DNA of 64,000 nt from Turneriella sp. Its GTDB lineage: Bacteria; Spirochaetota; Leptospiria; Turneriellales; Turneriellaceae. The DNA lies in the NCBI GenBank assembly GCA_965279515.1, contig CBDIID010000003.1, positions 1,216,001 to 1,280,000 on the forward strand. Reading direction: 5' to 3'. Positions 62,015 through 64,000 of this stretch are shown piece by piece. The translations under genes and the position numbers were made by a program. Under the pieces are notes generated by a model. The model worked only from the letters and a program-made list of their open reading frames with translations, was not told where the DNA came from and ran no database searches. Position 1 is the stretch's first letter. Every line of letters begins with the position of its first letter.

Positions 62015-63210
62015 GAGCGCACTCTTCTCGCCCCACCCCCGCCTACGGCACCCCCTCCCCAAATTTGGGGAGGGGGCTGGGGGGAGGGGCGTCATCGCTC
62101 TTGCGACGGATATTTGAATACATTCCGGTGGTGCTGACAATACTCTGGCTATTACTACCCCTCGAGGCGCTGAACCTGACGGTGCGCGACATCGCTCGCA
62201 TCAGCTGGCACCGCGAGAACCAGATCTCGGGTTATGGCGTTGTCATTGGCCTGAATGGCAGCGGCGACTCGCGCTCTGAACTTGCGCTCGAAACGTTAAA
62301 GAAGAATCTCTACAACCGCGGCATTGACCTGGGCGAGAAGACACTCCAGGCAAAAAATATCGCAGCGGTCATGGTCACCGCATCGCTGCCCACGCATGCG
62401 CGCCCCGGCGACCCCGTCGATGTCTGGGTTTCGTCGATTGGCGATGCACGCGCTATCAATGGCGGCTTTCTTTTGCAGACGGCGCTCACCGGCGCCGACG
62501 GGCAGATCTATGCCGCTGCGCAGGGCCCCGTAGCCGCGCCCCTGCCCCGACCGACCGAAGTCAGCAATCTTCAGCTGTATAACTTCTCTGTCTACAACCG
62601 GCGCATTCCTCCCAATGACCGGCTGACACAGGAGCGCCACAACTCGGCGCACATACCCGGCGGCGGCATCATCGAAAAGGCTGTGTCTCAGCCAACGGTG
62701 AAAATCGACGATACGAAAAAGACCAAGGCGTCGCAGCTCTCCCTGCACTATTTTGACTTCATGACAGCGCGCAATACCGTGAGCGCGATCAACAAAAAAC
62801 TGCCGAATACAGCCAGCCTTGCCAATGATGGCACCATCGCACTCAATATTCCGTACGCGTCAGATCACGTCGATTATCTCAGCAAAATACTCGCTATCAA
62901 AGTTGATGTGCCTGAGCGCACGAAGATCGTGCTCGATACGCGCACCGGCACGATTGTCTCCGGTGGCAGCGTGGCGATTTCGCAGGTGATGGTCACGCAT
63001 AACGGCATGCAGATCGAGGTTTCGAATAAAAAACAATATACCTATGGCGAAGAAAAGTCACCCGCGAATGCCGTGCTCGGCGAAGGCGCGACAGTCAAAG
63101 AACTCGTCGACAATCTCAACAAGCTGGGATTGACCTCGGCGGAAATCATCGACGTCATCAAGGCCATTCATGCAGCCGGCGCGCTGCACGGGGAACTGAC
63201 TGTATTATGA
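62011..63210 (+). CDS. flgI: Flagellar P-ring protein FlgI (start GTG 62011 or TTG 62101)
   Basis: RENQ..GYGVVIGLNGSGD, KNIAAVMVTA.LP, VSSIGDA, LN.LG.....II.....I..AGAL. Confidence 0.95.
   Translation: MRAHSSRPTPAYGTPSPNLGRGLGGGASSLLRRIFEYIPVVLTILWLLLPLEALNLTVRDIARISWHRENQISGYGVVIGLNGSGDSRSELALETLKKNLYNRGIDLGEKTLQAKNIAAVMVTASLPTHARPGDPVDVWVSSIGDARAINGGFLLQTALTGADGQIYAAAQGPVAAPLPRPTEVSNLQLYNFSVYNRRIPPNDRLTQERHNSAHIPGGGIIEKAVSQPTVKIDDTKKTKASQLSLHYFDFMTARNTVSAINKKLPNTASLANDGTIALNIPYASDHVDYLSKILAIKVDVPERTKIVLDTRTGTIVSGGSVAISQVMVTHNGMQIEVSNKKQYTYGEEKSPANAVLGEGATVKELVDNLNKLGLTSAEIIDVIKAIHAAGALHGELTVL
62014..62101. repeat. Nested GC-rich palindromic (REP-like) element with G-quadruplex motif
   Basis: Perfect 26-bp palindrome CCCCCTCCCCAAATTTGGGGAGGGGG (62051-62076) inside CGCCCC/GGGGCG and AGAGCG/CGCTCT stems. 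Confidence 0.85.
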
Positions 63211-63212
63211 AA

Positions 63213-63243
63213 GGTTATCGAGTAGCGGAGCGTATCGAGATAT
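63213..63243. repeat. Short REP-like element in the flgI-flgJ spacer
   Basis: GGTTATCGAGTAGCGGAGCGTATCGAGATAT; two TATCGAG copies and a TATC/GATA stem. Confidence 0.45.
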
Positions 63244-63733
63244 GAATATAAACGCCATCGACCCATTACTTTTACCGCAGCGCGACCAAGGGCGCACGGA
63301 TGCGCTCAGGCAGGCGCTGCCAGGGACGGCATCTGAGCGCATGCGCCCGCGGGCGCAAAAGGCGGATAAACAATCTACAGAATCTTTTTCACAGATGCTG
63401 AACAACCTCGTACCGAAACAGCTCAACCCCAAAACATCGTCCGATGTTTTTAGCCGCACGCCGGCGCGCGAAAAAATTATCGAGCATGTCGGCGATAATC
63501 CCGAGCGCAAGCAGATGTTCGAAGCCGCGCGCCAGTTCGAAAACTTCTTTCTCGAAAAAATGTTCCGCGAGATGAAAAAGAACATGGGTAAGGACGATAT
63601 TATCCACGGCGGCTCGGCCGAAGACATCTTCCAGGACATGCTGTTAACGGAGCGGGTGAATAAACTCACGCAGGGCTCAACGCTCGGCCTTGCCGAGCAG
63701 ATCTACACCCAGATGCAGCGGCCCGTCAAGTGA
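63242..63733 (+). CDS. flgJ: Flagellar rod-binding protein FlgJ (single domain, no muramidase)
   Basis: AARQFE..FL..MFREMKK, EDIFQDML, LGLAEQIY.Q. Confidence 0.85.
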   Translation: MNINAIDPLLLPQRDQGRTDALRQALPGTASERMRPRAQKADKQSTESFSQMLNNLVPKQLNPKTSSDVFSRTPAREKIIEHVGDNPERKQMFEAARQFENFFLEKMFREMKKNMGKDDIIHGGSAEDIFQDMLLTERVNKLTQGSTLGLAEQIYTQMQRPVK

Positions 63734-63734
63734 G

Positions 63735-64000
63735 ATGTTTACAGCACCAAAAGCCATCCCACTTTTTGCCGCTCTTTTCTTTTGTTTTGCTCTCATAGCA
63801 CAAGACGCTAAGCCCCCTGCCCCGACGGCGGCACCAACACCCGCAGCTGTGCCGACGACAACACCGGGCACCGCAACCGCAACCAAACCCGATGTGGCGT
63901 CTCCGGCGCGCCCCGGCAAAAGCGCGGCCTTGAAACGCGCGGAGAAACTTTATTTTGCGAAGAAATACGAGACTGCCGCGGCGCTCTTGCGCAAGATCGT
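63735..64000 (+). CDS. Secreted protein with Pro/Ala/Thr linker and TPR-like helix, truncated by window end
   Basis: Manual translation MFTAPKAIPLFAALFFCFALIAQDAKPPAPTAAPTP...LKRAEKLYFAKKYETAAALLRKI, no stop. Confidence 0.7.
   Translation, partial: MFTAPKAIPLFAALFFCFALIAQDAKPPAPTAAPTPAAVPTTTPGTATATKPDVASPARPGKSAALKRAEKLYFAKKYETAAALLRKI

Overview
A 64-kb, moderately GC-rich bacterial chromosome segment. The gene content (sigma-28, flgG-A-H-I-J, spirochaete-type lipoproteins, FecR-domain and membrane PP2C proteins) points to a Leptospiraceae spirochaete, probably Turneriella-like (inference). About 16.5 kb (34988-51445, minus strand) is the tuf-S10-spc-alpha ribosomal super-operon, followed on the same strand by alaS-acpS-ruvB. 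The rest holds housekeeping genes (nusB, ribH, tRNA-Ala, rsmA, fliA), oxidative enzymes (P450, a Baeyer-Villiger monooxygenase, a phytoene-desaturase-like protein, a UbiB-family kinase), envelope proteins (TonB-dependent receptor, beta-barrels, a 14-repeat beta-propeller lipoprotein, an Ig/LamG lipoprotein) and a flagellar rod/ring operon. No prophage, IS, integrase, reverse transcriptase or CRISPR array was seen. The strongest candidate for an undescribed system is at the left edge. A small secreted-type leader ORF ending in the ribosome-arrest motif RAPP lies 102 nt upstream of a DabA (DUF2309) inorganic-carbon transporter gene that the ORF track missed. The RAPP codons sit in a predicted mRNA hairpin and are complementary to the dabA Shine-Dalgarno. 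The second candidate is a set of three unrelated palindromic REP-like elements at flagellar operon junctions, one of which seems to supply the hydrophobic core of the FlgA signal peptide. All calls rest on motif recognition by eye, with no database searches.
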